Positions 27,862-37,676 of a stretch of 64,000 bases of DNA are shown here, one piece after another. Position numbers and translations under genes: made by a program. The first letter of the stretch is position 1; every line of letters starts with the position of its first letter. The notes below the pieces were generated by a model, which was not told the origin of the DNA, did no database searches, and saw only the letters and a program-made list of their open reading frames with translations. Source of the stretch: Candidatus Latescibacterota bacterium (GTDB lineage Bacteria; Latescibacterota; UBA2968); NCBI GenBank assembly GCA_965222605.1, contig OZ244960.1:6144001-6208000 (forward strand). Direction: 5' to 3'.

Positions 27862-28899
27862 ATGGTTCGACTGTCTGGGTGTCTGCTAATTCTCGTGTTC
27901 GGTTTTGGATCCGAGATCGGGTATCTCTATCAGTTGGTCAAAGGTCAGGCCGCGCTTCTGTGGAAAGCAGAACCTATTGACAAGGTGCTGAAAACGGGGA
28001 CGCTCTCGCCCGATCAGCGTGCAAAATTGGAACTCGTGCAGGTTATCCGAGCGTTTGCCCAACGCGAAATCGGTCTGATTACCTCGAAAAATTACACCAC
28101 GTATGTCGATATCGGGCGCGGGCCGGTGTCGTGGAATCTCGTCGTTTGCCCCAAAGATCGCCTGGAACCGATCGAGTGGTCTTATCCGATTGTGGGCGCG
28201 GTTCCTTATAGGGGTTATTTTGATCGCGCGAAAGCCGAAGAAGCACGCGATCACTATGTGGCCGAGGGATATGATACCTATTTGCGACCGGTGGGTGCGT
28301 ACAGTACGCTGGGGTGGTTTTCCGATCCGGTGTTGAGCGCGATGTTGCGCTATTCCGAAGGCGATCTGGCGGATCTTATTATTCACGAGTTGACGCATGC
28401 AACCGTGTGGATCGAAGGGGATGTCACCTTTAACGAGAGTCTGGCGAGTTTTGTCGGTGAGGCCGGGGCGTTGATGTGGTTGCAGCGCAAATACGGTGCC
28501 GATTCCGAAGCGGTGCGTCAGGTGATCAACAAGCGTGCAGATGGTGTTGTTTTTCAAAAATTTATGCGCGATATTGCTTCCCGTCTCGATTCACTTTACC
28601 AGTCCAATTCTCCCCATAAAATAACGCTGCGCCAGCAGATTTTCGATTCCGCACGCGCAGAATTTCATACGCTTTCCCTCAAGACCAATCTATATGTCCA
28701 CTTTCCTTCGTGGGAACTCAACAATGCGCGGATGGCTCTTTATCGGGTTTATCGGGAGCGTACGGATGTGTTTTCGCGCGTGTATCTGGCGTGTGATAAC
28801 AATTTGAAAGCGACTGTTGAGGTCTTGCGCCAGTGTGCAAATGCAGAGGATCCAGCAGCGTGGCTGGAGGAATGGTTGGCGCAAGGTGCTGTCCCTTGA
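27862..28899 (+). CDS. Putative zinc aminopeptidase (Aminopep/DUF2265 family)
   Basis: W.YPIVGAVPYRGYF, AYSTLGWFSDP, HELTH, FNESLA. Confidence 0.85.
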   Translation: MVRLSGCLLILVFGFGSEIGYLYQLVKGQAALLWKAEPIDKVLKTGTLSPDQRAKLELVQVIRAFAQREIGLITSKNYTTYVDIGRGPVSWNLVVCPKDRLEPIEWSYPIVGAVPYRGYFDRAKAEEARDHYVAEGYDTYLRPVGAYSTLGWFSDPVLSAMLRYSEGDLADLIIHELTHATVWIEGDVTFNESLASFVGEAGALMWLQRKYGADSEAVRQVINKRADGVVFQKFMRDIASRLDSLYQSNSPHKITLRQQIFDSARAEFHTLSLKTNLYVHFPSWELNNARMALYRVYRERTDVFSRVYLACDNNLKATVEVLRQCANAEDPAAWLEEWLAQGAVP

Positions 28900-28933
28900 C
28901 CCGGAGACGGGAGTTCGCCACAGGAGTCTCACT

Positions 28934-30082
28934 ATGACTTACAGAGTCGGTATTATTGGGTGTGGTTCAATTGCACGTAGTCACGCCGATGGATATTTGC
29001 GCGTTGCCAATGCAGAGATGGTGGCGGTTGCCGATCCTCATCCGGTTGCACGCGAGCAATTTTGCGAGGAGTTTGGCATTCCCAATGCCTATGCTTCGGT
29101 GGAGGAGATGGTGGCAAAGGAAGATCTCGATATCGCCAGCGTTTGCACCTGGCATCTGCTCCATCCCGATTGTACGATTGACGCGGCAAATGGCGGTGTG
29201 CCGGGTATTATTTGCGAAAAGCCTATGGCGATTGGCATTGGTGAGGCAGATCGCATGCTGGACGCGTGTGAAAAAAATGGAACGAAGTTGGTAGTTAGCC
29301 ATCAGCGGCGTTTTACACCCGGTTGGGAGAAAGCGCGGGCGTTGATGCGCGAAAAGGTTATCGGCGATGCTGTGATGGTGCAAGGACAGGTCGCTCAGGG
29401 GTTGATTAACTGGGCGACGCATACCATTGATGGCATGCGTTTTGTACTGGATGATCCAGAAACCGAGTGGGTGATGGGTGCTGTCGAACGGCAGACTGAT
29501 CGCTTTGAGCGCGATACACCGATTGAGGATGCGTGTATGGGTTTGATCGCGTTTGCCAATGGCGCTCAGGCTTTGGTCCAGGCGGATTTGAACCGTCCAG
29601 GTGAACAGGCTGGGCATTTTCAGATTCGCGGCACAGAGGGATTGATGGAGGTAACCGAGCGCACTGTTCGCGTGTTCAATACAGGTGGATGGGGAGATGT
29701 GGAAATTGCCGCCGATGAGGCGTATCGCGCAATTGGCGGCGAGACCAATGCCGATTCTGTGCGCGAATTAATCGCGTGGTTAGAAGGAGGCAATGAACAC
29801 CGCTCTTCGGGGCGCAAGGCTCGTGCAACGGTCGAGATTATGATGGCGCTTTTTGAATCCGCACGGCAACATCGGGTTGTGCATCTGCCGCTCGAGGAAA
29901 TGGGCTATCCGCTACAATTGATGATTGAAGAAGGCAAGTTGCCCGTTGCTGTTCCCGGGAGATACGATATTCGCGCATTTCTCAATCCCGAGGGGATGGA
30001 TGAAGCGGCTTATAGGCGGCTAAGAGCCGAAGGTGTGAGCCATGCTGCGGCGATGCGACAGCTTGCAGATGAAGAGCAATAA
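28934..30082 (+). CDS. Gfo/Idh/MocA family oxidoreductase
   Basis: GIIGCGSIA, ICEKPMA, HQRRF, THTID. Confidence 0.9.
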   Translation: MTYRVGIIGCGSIARSHADGYLRVANAEMVAVADPHPVAREQFCEEFGIPNAYASVEEMVAKEDLDIASVCTWHLLHPDCTIDAANGGVPGIICEKPMAIGIGEADRMLDACEKNGTKLVVSHQRRFTPGWEKARALMREKVIGDAVMVQGQVAQGLINWATHTIDGMRFVLDDPETEWVMGAVERQTDRFERDTPIEDACMGLIAFANGAQALVQADLNRPGEQAGHFQIRGTEGLMEVTERTVRVFNTGGWGDVEIAADEAYRAIGGETNADSVRELIAWLEGGNEHRSSGRKARATVEIMMALFESARQHRVVHLPLEEMGYPLQLMIEEGKLPVAVPGRYDIRAFLNPEGMDEAAYRRLRAEGVSHAAAMRQLADEEQ

Positions 30083-30085
30083 GCG

Positions 30086-32494
30086 ATGACTATGGATACA
30101 AACCGAAAATTTTTGCCTTTTCTGGTTATTCTCTTTGCGGGGAGTGGGTGCGCCGCGCTCATTTACGAAATTGTCTGGTTTCAGATGTTGCAACTGATTA
30201 TCGGGTCTTCGGCAATTTCTCTCGGCATATTGCTGGGTACGTTTATGGGCGGGATGTGCGTTGGTAGTGTGATGCTTTCACGCATTATTTCAACGCGCTA
30301 TCATCCGTTAAAGGTGTATGCGCTTTTGGAATTGGGCATTGGTATCGTGGGCCTGATTTTGCTCTTTGTGCTGCCTCTGATTGGCGCATTTTATATCGGT
30401 GTGGCAACTTATGGCTTTTGGGGACATTTCCTGCGGGGGATTGTCTGTGCGATCTGTCTTTTTTTTCCTACAGTGTTGATGGGGGCGACCCTGCCTGCGA
30501 TAGCGCGGTGGACAGAGTCAACGCCTCGCGGCATTTCGTGGCTTGGCTTTTTTTACGGGGGCAATATTGCCGGTGCTGTTTGCGGGTGTTTGTTCGCGGG
30601 TTTTTATCTGTTGCGCCTGTACGATGTTGTTACGGCAACTTATGTGGCGGTCGCGCTTAATTTTGCCGTGGCACTTATCGGATATGGGTTGGCAAAATGG
30701 GCTGAGTACGATGCGTCAATGGCAAAAACGACCGCGCGCAGTCTGTGGATAAAAGAAGCCTGGCGAGTTTATGTGACCATTGCGATTTCCGGCGCGTGTG
30801 CGCTGGGTGCCCAGGTAATTTGGACGCGGTTGCTGGCGCTTATGATGGGGGCGACTGTTTATGCTTTTTCGATTATTCTGGGGGTTTTTCTAATTGGGTT
30901 GGGTGTGGGTAGCAGTGTGGGGGCGTATTTTACTCGTACAAAAGTAAATCCCAAAATCGCGCTCGGGTGGTGCCAACTTCTTCTTGTTGGCGCGATTGCC
31001 TGGGCGGCTTATGCGCTTGCTCATTTGCTTCCGTATTGGACATCGGGAGGAACAACCGCGGTGCGATTTCAATTGGATTTACTGCGTTGTTTTGTGGCTA
31101 TTTTTCCCGCGACCGTGCTGTGGGGAGGTAGTTTTCCGCTGGCACTTGCTGCTGCGCGTTTACAGGGACGCGATCCCGGCACGCTGGCCGGGAGTGTGTA
31201 TGCGGCCAATACGGCAGGTGCAATTGTGGGCGCGCTCGGTTTTAGTGTGGTTTTGATCGCGCTTTTAGGTACGCAGATAACGCAACAGGTGTTACTCATC
31301 CTTTCTGCGTGCGGGGCTATTCTGATGTTTGGGCGAGGGTTGTGGCAGGTGCGGTATGCGGGCAAAACTGTCAGGTCAGATCGATGGGTCGGCGTTGCGG
31401 TGGGTGTTGTCTTGCTGGTCTGGAGTATGCCGGGGCCGCCGCTGGCGCTGATTGCTTATGGACGTTCGCTTCTCGATTGGGGAGATGACGCGACGTATAT
31501 TTACGCGGGTGAAGGGATGAATGCATCGGTTGTGGTGTCGGAGCTGGATAATGGCGTGCGGAATTTTCATGTTAGTGGAAAAGTCGTGGCTTCCAACGAA
31601 CCACAGGATATGCGTTTGCAGCGCCTGTTGGGGCATCTCTCTGCATTGATGCACAGGGAGCCGCGTTCTGTGCTCGTGGTCGGATGTGGTGCGGGGGTGA
31701 CGGCGGGAACTTATGTTTTATATCCGAGTGTTGAACGCATTGTGATCTGCGAGATTGAGCCGTTGATTCCGCCAGCAGCCGAGGGATATTTTGGCCCTGA
31801 GAACTACGATGTATTAAAAGATCCCCGTGTGGAAATCATTATTGACGATGCGCGACATTATCTGCTGGCAACAGATGAGAAATTCGATATTATTACATCT
31901 GATCCGATCCATCCCTGGGTCAAGGGTGCCGGCGCGCTGTATTCGAAAGAGTATTTTGCGTTGTGCAAAAAGCGTTTGAATCCCGGAGGTGTTGTGACGC
32001 AGTGGGTGCCGCTTTACGAGTCGCGGTTAGATGCGGTGAAGAGTGAGATAGCGACATTTTTTCAGGTGTTTCCACAAGGGACAATTTGGGGCAATCAGAA
32101 TGATGGCGAGGGGTATGATGTCGTCCTGTTGGGGCAAAAGGATATTCTGTCCGTTGATGTCGATGCTTTGCAGGCGCGTTTGGATCGCGAGGATTATACG
32201 GAGGTGTGGTACTCGCTGAATGATGTGTCTTTGGGATCAGCTGTCGCGCTGCTTTCGACGTATGCCGGGCACGCGCGTGATCTGGGCGAGTGGCTCGCAG
32301 ATGCGGAGATCAACCTGGATCGCAATATGCGGCTCCAGTATTTGGCGGGATTGGGTTTGGATAACTATGAGGCGGATGCGATTTATACGGTGCTTTTAGA
32401 GTACGCGCATTATCCCGATAATTTTTTTGTTGCGACTGAAGCGACTGAAACCGCATTGAAGGCGCAACTTGCCCGGCAGCACGAGGGGAGATGA
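30086..32494 (+). CDS. Fused MFS-like membrane domain / spermidine synthase-like SAM-binding protein
   Basis: SG.AALIYEIVW and ANTAGAIVG membrane repeats; VLVVGCGAGVT, CEIEP, DDAR, FDIITSDP. Confidence 0.88.
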   Translation: MTMDTNRKFLPFLVILFAGSGCAALIYEIVWFQMLQLIIGSSAISLGILLGTFMGGMCVGSVMLSRIISTRYHPLKVYALLELGIGIVGLILLFVLPLIGAFYIGVATYGFWGHFLRGIVCAICLFFPTVLMGATLPAIARWTESTPRGISWLGFFYGGNIAGAVCGCLFAGFYLLRLYDVVTATYVAVALNFAVALIGYGLAKWAEYDASMAKTTARSLWIKEAWRVYVTIAISGACALGAQVIWTRLLALMMGATVYAFSIILGVFLIGLGVGSSVGAYFTRTKVNPKIALGWCQLLLVGAIAWAAYALAHLLPYWTSGGTTAVRFQLDLLRCFVAIFPATVLWGGSFPLALAAARLQGRDPGTLAGSVYAANTAGAIVGALGFSVVLIALLGTQITQQVLLILSACGAILMFGRGLWQVRYAGKTVRSDRWVGVAVGVVLLVWSMPGPPLALIAYGRSLLDWGDDATYIYAGEGMNASVVVSELDNGVRNFHVSGKVVASNEPQDMRLQRLLGHLSALMHREPRSVLVVGCGAGVTAGTYVLYPSVERIVICEIEPLIPPAAEGYFGPENYDVLKDPRVEIIIDDARHYLLATDEKFDIITSDPIHPWVKGAGALYSKEYFALCKKRLNPGGVVTQWVPLYESRLDAVKSEIATFFQVFPQGTIWGNQNDGEGYDVVLLGQKDILSVDVDALQARLDREDYTEVWYSLNDVSLGSAVALLSTYAGHARDLGEWLADAEINLDRNMRLQYLAGLGLDNYEADAIYTVLLEYAHYPDNFFVATEATETALKAQLARQHEGR

Positions 32495-32525
32495 TGACAG
32501 GTTTAACTGAGGAGGTTTTTACAGT

Positions 32526-33632
32526 ATGGAAAAGGTGAGAGTTGGCATTATTGGCATTGGCGGCAGAGGAAGCGGTCACGCAAAGTATTTTGCGGCGGGC
32601 GATATTCCGCAGGGGGAATTGACAGCGGTGTGCGATATCGATCCGGATAGGATTCAGTGGGCGCGCGAAAACCTCGGGGAAAACGTGCGGACATTTGACA
32701 ATGGCGATGATTTGATCACATCGGGCGCTGTTGATGCGGTTATTGTGGCGACGCCGCATTACGATCATCCGACATTTGCGGTAAAGGGATTTGAGAACAA
32801 TTTGCATGTATTGGTCGAGAAACCCGCAGGCGTATATACCAGGCAAGTTTATGAGATGAACGAGGCTGCCCAAAAAAGTGGCAAAGTATTTGCCTTGATG
32901 TTCAATCAGCGAACCCGTCCACACCATCAAAAATTGCGAGAATTGGTGGCTTCTGGCGAGTTGGGAGATATTCAGCGCACGAATTATATCGTCACAAACT
33001 GGTTTCGAGCGCAAAGTTATTACGATAAAGGCGAATGGCGCGCGACCTGGTCGGGTGAGGGGGGCGGTGTGTTGATGAATCAGTGCCCTCATAACCTGGA
33101 TCTGTGGCAGTGGATCTGCGGGATGCCCTCGCGCGTGCGCGCGTTTATCAGCTATGGCAAATATCACGATATTGAAGTGGATGACGATGTCACTGCCTAT
33201 GTGGAATACGATAGCGGTGCGACGGGTGTGTTTATCACCACAACTGGAGAGTATCCAGGAAGCAACCGCCTGGAGATAGCGACGGATCGCGGCAAAGTGA
33301 TTATGGAAGACAATAAAATTGTGTGGTGGCGTTCGAATGTTTCCCTGAGCGAATTTTCCCGGGGATATACGGGCGGCTTTGGCAAACCCAGGGCGGAAAA
33401 ACTCGATATTTCTCTCGGCGAAGATGGCGGGGCACACCGCGGTATAATAAACAACTGGTGTGACGCCATATTGAATGACAGCCCACTACTCGCGCCCGGG
33501 GTTGAGGGCATTCGTGGGGTTGAATTGGCGAATGCGATGCTTTTGTCTTCATGGCTGGACGATTGGGTCGATATTCCCGTTGATCGAGATCTGTATTTTG
33601 AAAAATTGCAAGAGAAAATTCAAAATTCATAG
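32526..33632 (+). CDS. Gfo/Idh/MocA family oxidoreductase
   Basis: GIGGRG, HVLVEKP, WRATWSGEGGGVLMNQCPHNLD. Confidence 0.9.
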   Translation: MEKVRVGIIGIGGRGSGHAKYFAAGDIPQGELTAVCDIDPDRIQWARENLGENVRTFDNGDDLITSGAVDAVIVATPHYDHPTFAVKGFENNLHVLVEKPAGVYTRQVYEMNEAAQKSGKVFALMFNQRTRPHHQKLRELVASGELGDIQRTNYIVTNWFRAQSYYDKGEWRATWSGEGGGVLMNQCPHNLDLWQWICGMPSRVRAFISYGKYHDIEVDDDVTAYVEYDSGATGVFITTTGEYPGSNRLEIATDRGKVIMEDNKIVWWRSNVSLSEFSRGYTGGFGKPRAEKLDISLGEDGGAHRGIINNWCDAILNDSPLLAPGVEGIRGVELANAMLLSSWLDDWVDIPVDRDLYFEKLQEKIQNS

Positions 33633-33645
33633 CAGAGGACTTAAA

Positions 33646-34803
33646 ATGGCTCTGACACCGAGTATTGCGGCATTGGATGAGGTAGCTGAAAAACCCGTTC
33701 TGGTCTTAGATGGACTGGATGAGCCGGTTGTGATCGAATCCATCAAGTTGCTCAAAGATGAGCGGGAGTATTATGTTCATGTGCGTTCGAGAGATGGTGC
33801 GGAAGGCCTGGCTTTTACGAATGGACGGGCGCAATATGTGTATCCGATTCTCAATGAGTTGGTAATTCCCTATTTTATCGGGAAAGATGCCCGCGATCTC
33901 GAAGACCATCTGTGGGGTGTGTACCGACACAGCAGCAATTACAAATTGCAGGGGTTGGCTTTCTGGTGTTGTGTGGCGTGGGTTGAGATGGCACTGTTGG
34001 ATTTACTCGGTCGGATTGCACAAAAATCCATTTCCGAACTCCTGGGCGGTGCCGTGCGTGAGTGGGTTCCCTTTTACGTTGCGAGTGGGCGGCGGGATAG
34101 CACACCGGAAGAAGAAGTGGTTTATCTGCAGGGGCTGATCGACGAGACGGGCGCGCCGGCTGTGAAGTTTAGAATTGGCGGGCGCATGAGCAAAAACGCT
34201 GATGCCCTGCCCGGGCGAACGCCAAATTTGATCGCGTTGTCTCGCAAGGTACTCGGTGATGCGATTGATATTCACGCGGATTCCAATAGTTCTTACGATC
34301 CGCCGCAAGCGATTGAAGTGGGGCGTATGCTCGAAGATATTGGGGCTGTTTATTTTGAAGAGCCTTGTCCATTTGATCACCTCGAAGATACGAAGGTCGT
34401 TGCCGATACGCTGGATATTTCCGTTTCTGGGGGCGAACAGGAGTTCAGCGACCGGCGGTTTCGATGGATGATTGCCAATCGCGGTGTGGATATTGTTCAG
34501 CCCGATCTGCATTATTACGGGGGGCTTATTCGCTCGACGCGCGTTGCGCGAATGGCCGCTCTGGCCGGGATGCCGACAACAGTACACATTTCTGGTGGCT
34601 TTGGTTTTATTTATATGCTCCACTTTGCCGCATGTACGCCAGATATTGGTCGGTATCAGGAATACAAACGAGGGATTGAAAAATACCGCGAGTGGTTTGA
34701 TCCCGCGCTCGAGATTCGAGATGGAAAAATGAGCATTCCCGGGGGACCGGGGTGTGGGATTGTGGATATTCAGCCAATTATTGAAGGTGCAGATCGCTTA
34801 TAA
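33646..34803 (+). CDS. Mandelate racemase/MLE enolase-superfamily protein
   Basis: EMALLDLLG, KFRIGG, ADSN, FEEP, GGEQE, VQPD. Confidence 0.85.
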   Translation: MALTPSIAALDEVAEKPVLVLDGLDEPVVIESIKLLKDEREYYVHVRSRDGAEGLAFTNGRAQYVYPILNELVIPYFIGKDARDLEDHLWGVYRHSSNYKLQGLAFWCCVAWVEMALLDLLGRIAQKSISELLGGAVREWVPFYVASGRRDSTPEEEVVYLQGLIDETGAPAVKFRIGGRMSKNADALPGRTPNLIALSRKVLGDAIDIHADSNSSYDPPQAIEVGRMLEDIGAVYFEEPCPFDHLEDTKVVADTLDISVSGGEQEFSDRRFRWMIANRGVDIVQPDLHYYGGLIRSTRVARMAALAGMPTTVHISGGFGFIYMLHFAACTPDIGRYQEYKRGIEKYREWFDPALEIRDGKMSIPGGPGCGIVDIQPIIEGADRL

Positions 34804-34815
34804 GGCGAATTAACT

Positions 34816-36156
34816 ATGGAAATGGCACAGCATGGAGGACCGCCGCTACGCGATGTGGTGGCGGCGAGGCACGCACAGAAAGAGACGCGCCGAAATAGCT
34901 GGTTGTTGGTGATCAATGGCGGCATGGTCATGATGTCCTACACGTTTATTAGCTCGGATCTGGTGATGCCGGCTTTTGTACAAACGCTGACCACGTCCAG
35001 CATTTTGGTCGGGATGGCCGGTGCGCTCATGAGGATGGGGTGGGCGTGGCCGCAGGTCTTTATTTCTCGGATTATCGAACCCAAACCTCGAAAGATGCCC
35101 TTACTGATCTGGGCGGGTATGGCTCGAAGTGTGATGTGGATCTTTGTGGGCGTGATGACAATTTTTTTCGGCGGGTTGAAGCCCGCAATTTTTTTGTCTT
35201 TGTTTATGGTGTTTTACGCTTTGGGAACATCGCTGATGGGTGTGATGAGTGTGCCGTGGATGGATTTGATGGGCAAGGCAATTCCCGCGTCGGATCGGGC
35301 AAAAGTTTTTGCTCTGCGCCGATTTTCGGGCGGTGTGATGTCGATGGTTGCGGGCGTTCTGATTTCCTATGTCCTGAGCGCGCAAAGCGGCCTCTCGTTT
35401 CCGAATAATTACGCGGTATTGTTTATGCTCTCTGGTATGGGTACTACGATGGCCGTGCTGACATTTGGCATGATCCGCGAACCCATTGAAAAGCGTACGC
35501 GCGCACAGCTTTCGCTGAAAAATTATTTGCTCAGTGGCCTGAGTCTGATGAAAGATGATGTGAATTTCAGGCGTTTGTGTATGGTACAATTTTTGTGGGG
35601 CTTTAGCATGATGGGCGGGCCGTTTTACATGCCTTATGCGATTTCTGGCTTAGGCATTGGGGCGGTTTATATTGGATTTTATGTGACCGCTATGCAGTTT
35701 AGCGCGGTTTTTTCAAATGTTGCGTGGGCCTGGGTGGGGCGTTACAAGGGCAATCAGGCGTTGTTTTTGTACGGCACCTGCTTGCTCGCACTGTCTATTC
35801 TGGTTCCGATATGTATCGTGTATGTGCCCGATCGCACCATCTGGTTCTGGGGCACAGAAGTGAATTTGAGGGTTGTGGTGTATGCGTTTACGTTCATTTT
35901 TTCAGGCGCGGCGCAAAGCGGCATGTATTCGGGACGCATGACATACGTCCTCGACATCGCGCCCGCTGACCGACGGCCGACCTATACCAGCTTTATGAAT
36001 ATGTTTATGTTTCCACAGGGTTTGTTGCCCATGCTGGCCGGGTTGCTGGTCGCCTGGATTTCCTATCAGAATTTGTTTCGCATTTCTCTGTTATTTATCC
36101 CATTTGCCGCGATGCTCGCCTATCAGTTAAAACCCGTTATTCACAGTGAGGAATGA
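34816..36156 (+). CDS. MFS transporter
   Basis: About 12 hydrophobic segments; W.DLMGK.IP..R, D.AP..RRPTY. Confidence 0.85.
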   Translation: MEMAQHGGPPLRDVVAARHAQKETRRNSWLLVINGGMVMMSYTFISSDLVMPAFVQTLTTSSILVGMAGALMRMGWAWPQVFISRIIEPKPRKMPLLIWAGMARSVMWIFVGVMTIFFGGLKPAIFLSLFMVFYALGTSLMGVMSVPWMDLMGKAIPASDRAKVFALRRFSGGVMSMVAGVLISYVLSAQSGLSFPNNYAVLFMLSGMGTTMAVLTFGMIREPIEKRTRAQLSLKNYLLSGLSLMKDDVNFRRLCMVQFLWGFSMMGGPFYMPYAISGLGIGAVYIGFYVTAMQFSAVFSNVAWAWVGRYKGNQALFLYGTCLLALSILVPICIVYVPDRTIWFWGTEVNLRVVVYAFTFIFSGAAQSGMYSGRMTYVLDIAPADRRPTYTSFMNMFMFPQGLLPMLAGLLVAWISYQNLFRISLLFIPFAAMLAYQLKPVIHSEE

Positions 36157-37520
36157 ATTTCTTCAACGAGGTCTTCTGCAGGATAGGTGAGAATTTCCGC
36201 TAATGTGGGGTGGTAATGCGGGATGTCCATGAGGTCATGTACTGTGCCGCGAAAGTGCATGATGGCGATGAGTTCGTGAAAGAGTTCGCCGGCTTCTGGA
36301 CCGACGATATGCCCACCGATGATTTCGCCTGTTTCGGGATGGCAGAGGATTTTGACAAATCCATGGGTTTCCCCCAGGACCATGGATTTGCCGTGGTCGT
36401 CAAAGGGATAGGATGCAACGCGATAGGAGATGTTTTGTTCGCGGCATTCTTTTTCTGTGAGGCCCACAGACGCGAGTTGCGGATCGGTGAAGACCACTTC
36501 GGCTTTGAGCCTGTAGTCGATGTGCTGCTTTTGGGTTCCATCAACGGCGTTGTGACCGGCTATCTCGCCTTGCTGAACGGCGATGTGTACGATTTCATAC
36601 AGTCCCGTACAATCGCCCGCTGCATAAATATTGGGCGCGTTGGTACGCATGTGATGATCCACGAGAATGCGTCCGCGCTCGACGCGTACGCCGGCATTTT
36701 TAAGCGCGAGCGATTGGATGGCGGGTACGCGTCCCAAAGCATGGAGGATCACGTCTGCTGAAGCGCGGCGGGATTTTCCCTTATGGTGGAAGTGGGCGAT
36801 TTTGGCGTTGTTTTTGGTCGTAAATTTTTGCAATTGCGTGTCGGTAAAGACTTTCATGCCTTCTTCTCTGAAGCGGGCTTCCACCGGACGTGCGAGGTCT
36901 TCATCTGTGCTGCTGAAGATGTGATGGCTGCGTTGAATGAGTGTGGTGCACGTTCCCAGACGGCAGAAAAATTGTGCAAATTCCGTTGCGACAGGACCGC
37001 CGCCTAAGACGATCATCGATTTTGGCAATTCCCGCAGTTCAAGTGCTTCATCACTGGCGATAAAGCCCACTTCTTCCAGGCCGGGAATGGCGATGTCAGC
37101 AACGGTTGATCCCGTGCTGATGATGAAACTTCGCGCGGTGATATTTTGTTTTCCCACAGTGATGGTGTTGCGATTGACAAACTGCGCCGTGCCGTTGATG
37201 AGAGTGAATCGCGGATTGCGAAGTTGCCCGATGCGATAATCTGCAAATTCACCGACGAGCGCGCGTTTGCGGTCATTGATTTCATCGAGATTTGCGCGCA
37301 AATTAGAAGCGCGCAGACCAAATTCTCTGGCGCGGCGCATCAAGGACATGATCTCGGATGAGCGCAGGATGGTTTTGGTTGGCATGCAGCCGCGCAAGAT
37401 GCACAGGCCACCAAGAGGCCCTTTGTCTATAATGGCAACTTTTGCGCCGAGTTCTTGTGCCGTGCGTGCAGCGGCGTATCCTGCACTCCCGCCGCCGATG
37501 ACGATGACATCGTAATCCAT
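36141..37520 (-). CDS. Pyridine nucleotide-disulfide oxidoreductase (dihydrolipoamide dehydrogenase/mercuric reductase family)
   Basis: GGGSAG, GGLCILRGCMPTK redox disulfide, GGGP, AGD, HPTLAE. Confidence 0.9.
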   Translation of the reverse strand: MDYDVIVIGGGSAGYAAARTAQELGAKVAIIDKGPLGGLCILRGCMPTKTILRSSEIMSLMRRAREFGLRASNLRANLDEINDRKRALVGEFADYRIGQLRNPRFTLINGTAQFVNRNTITVGKQNITARSFIISTGSTVADIAIPGLEEVGFIASDEALELRELPKSMIVLGGGPVATEFAQFFCRLGTCTTLIQRSHHIFSSTDEDLARPVEARFREEGMKVFTDTQLQKFTTKNNAKIAHFHHKGKSRRASADVILHALGRVPAIQSLALKNAGVRVERGRILVDHHMRTNAPNIYAAGDCTGLYEIVHIAVQQGEIAGHNAVDGTQKQHIDYRLKAEVVFTDPQLASVGLTEKECREQNISYRVASYPFDDHGKSMVLGETHGFVKILCHPETGEIIGGHIVGPEAGELFHELIAIMHFRGTVHDLMDIPHYHPTLAEILTYPAEDLVEEIHSSL

Positions 37521-37536
37521 GGTGATTTCCTTAGAG

Positions 37537-37607
37537 GTAAAATGTAAGATGAGGTAAAACTAAGACGACCCAATCCCTCTCGTGTTTCACCTTTCATGTC
37601 TTATCTC
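37537..37607. repeat. Second, more degenerate heptamer repeat/inverted element
   Basis: GTAAAAT GTAAGAT ... GTAAAAC TAAGAC ... GTTTCAC CTTTCAT GTCTTAT. Confidence 0.5.
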
Positions 37608-37676
37608 GGAGAGCGGTTGGGCGAACTGACAACTTAAAATGTCTCTTTGATTTGAGCAAGGAGTTTGGAGGTTTTT

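Noticed and set aside
32310-33437. 375-aa antisense ORF over a Gfo/Idh/MocA gene
   Set aside because: Lies opposite a well-supported gene and overlaps the end of the spermidine-synthase fusion; no motifs or RBS.
36141-37520. Mercuric reductase MerA
   Set aside because: Lacks the C-terminal Cys-Cys pair and any mer operon context, and has an HPT motif instead, so it is left as a generic family member.
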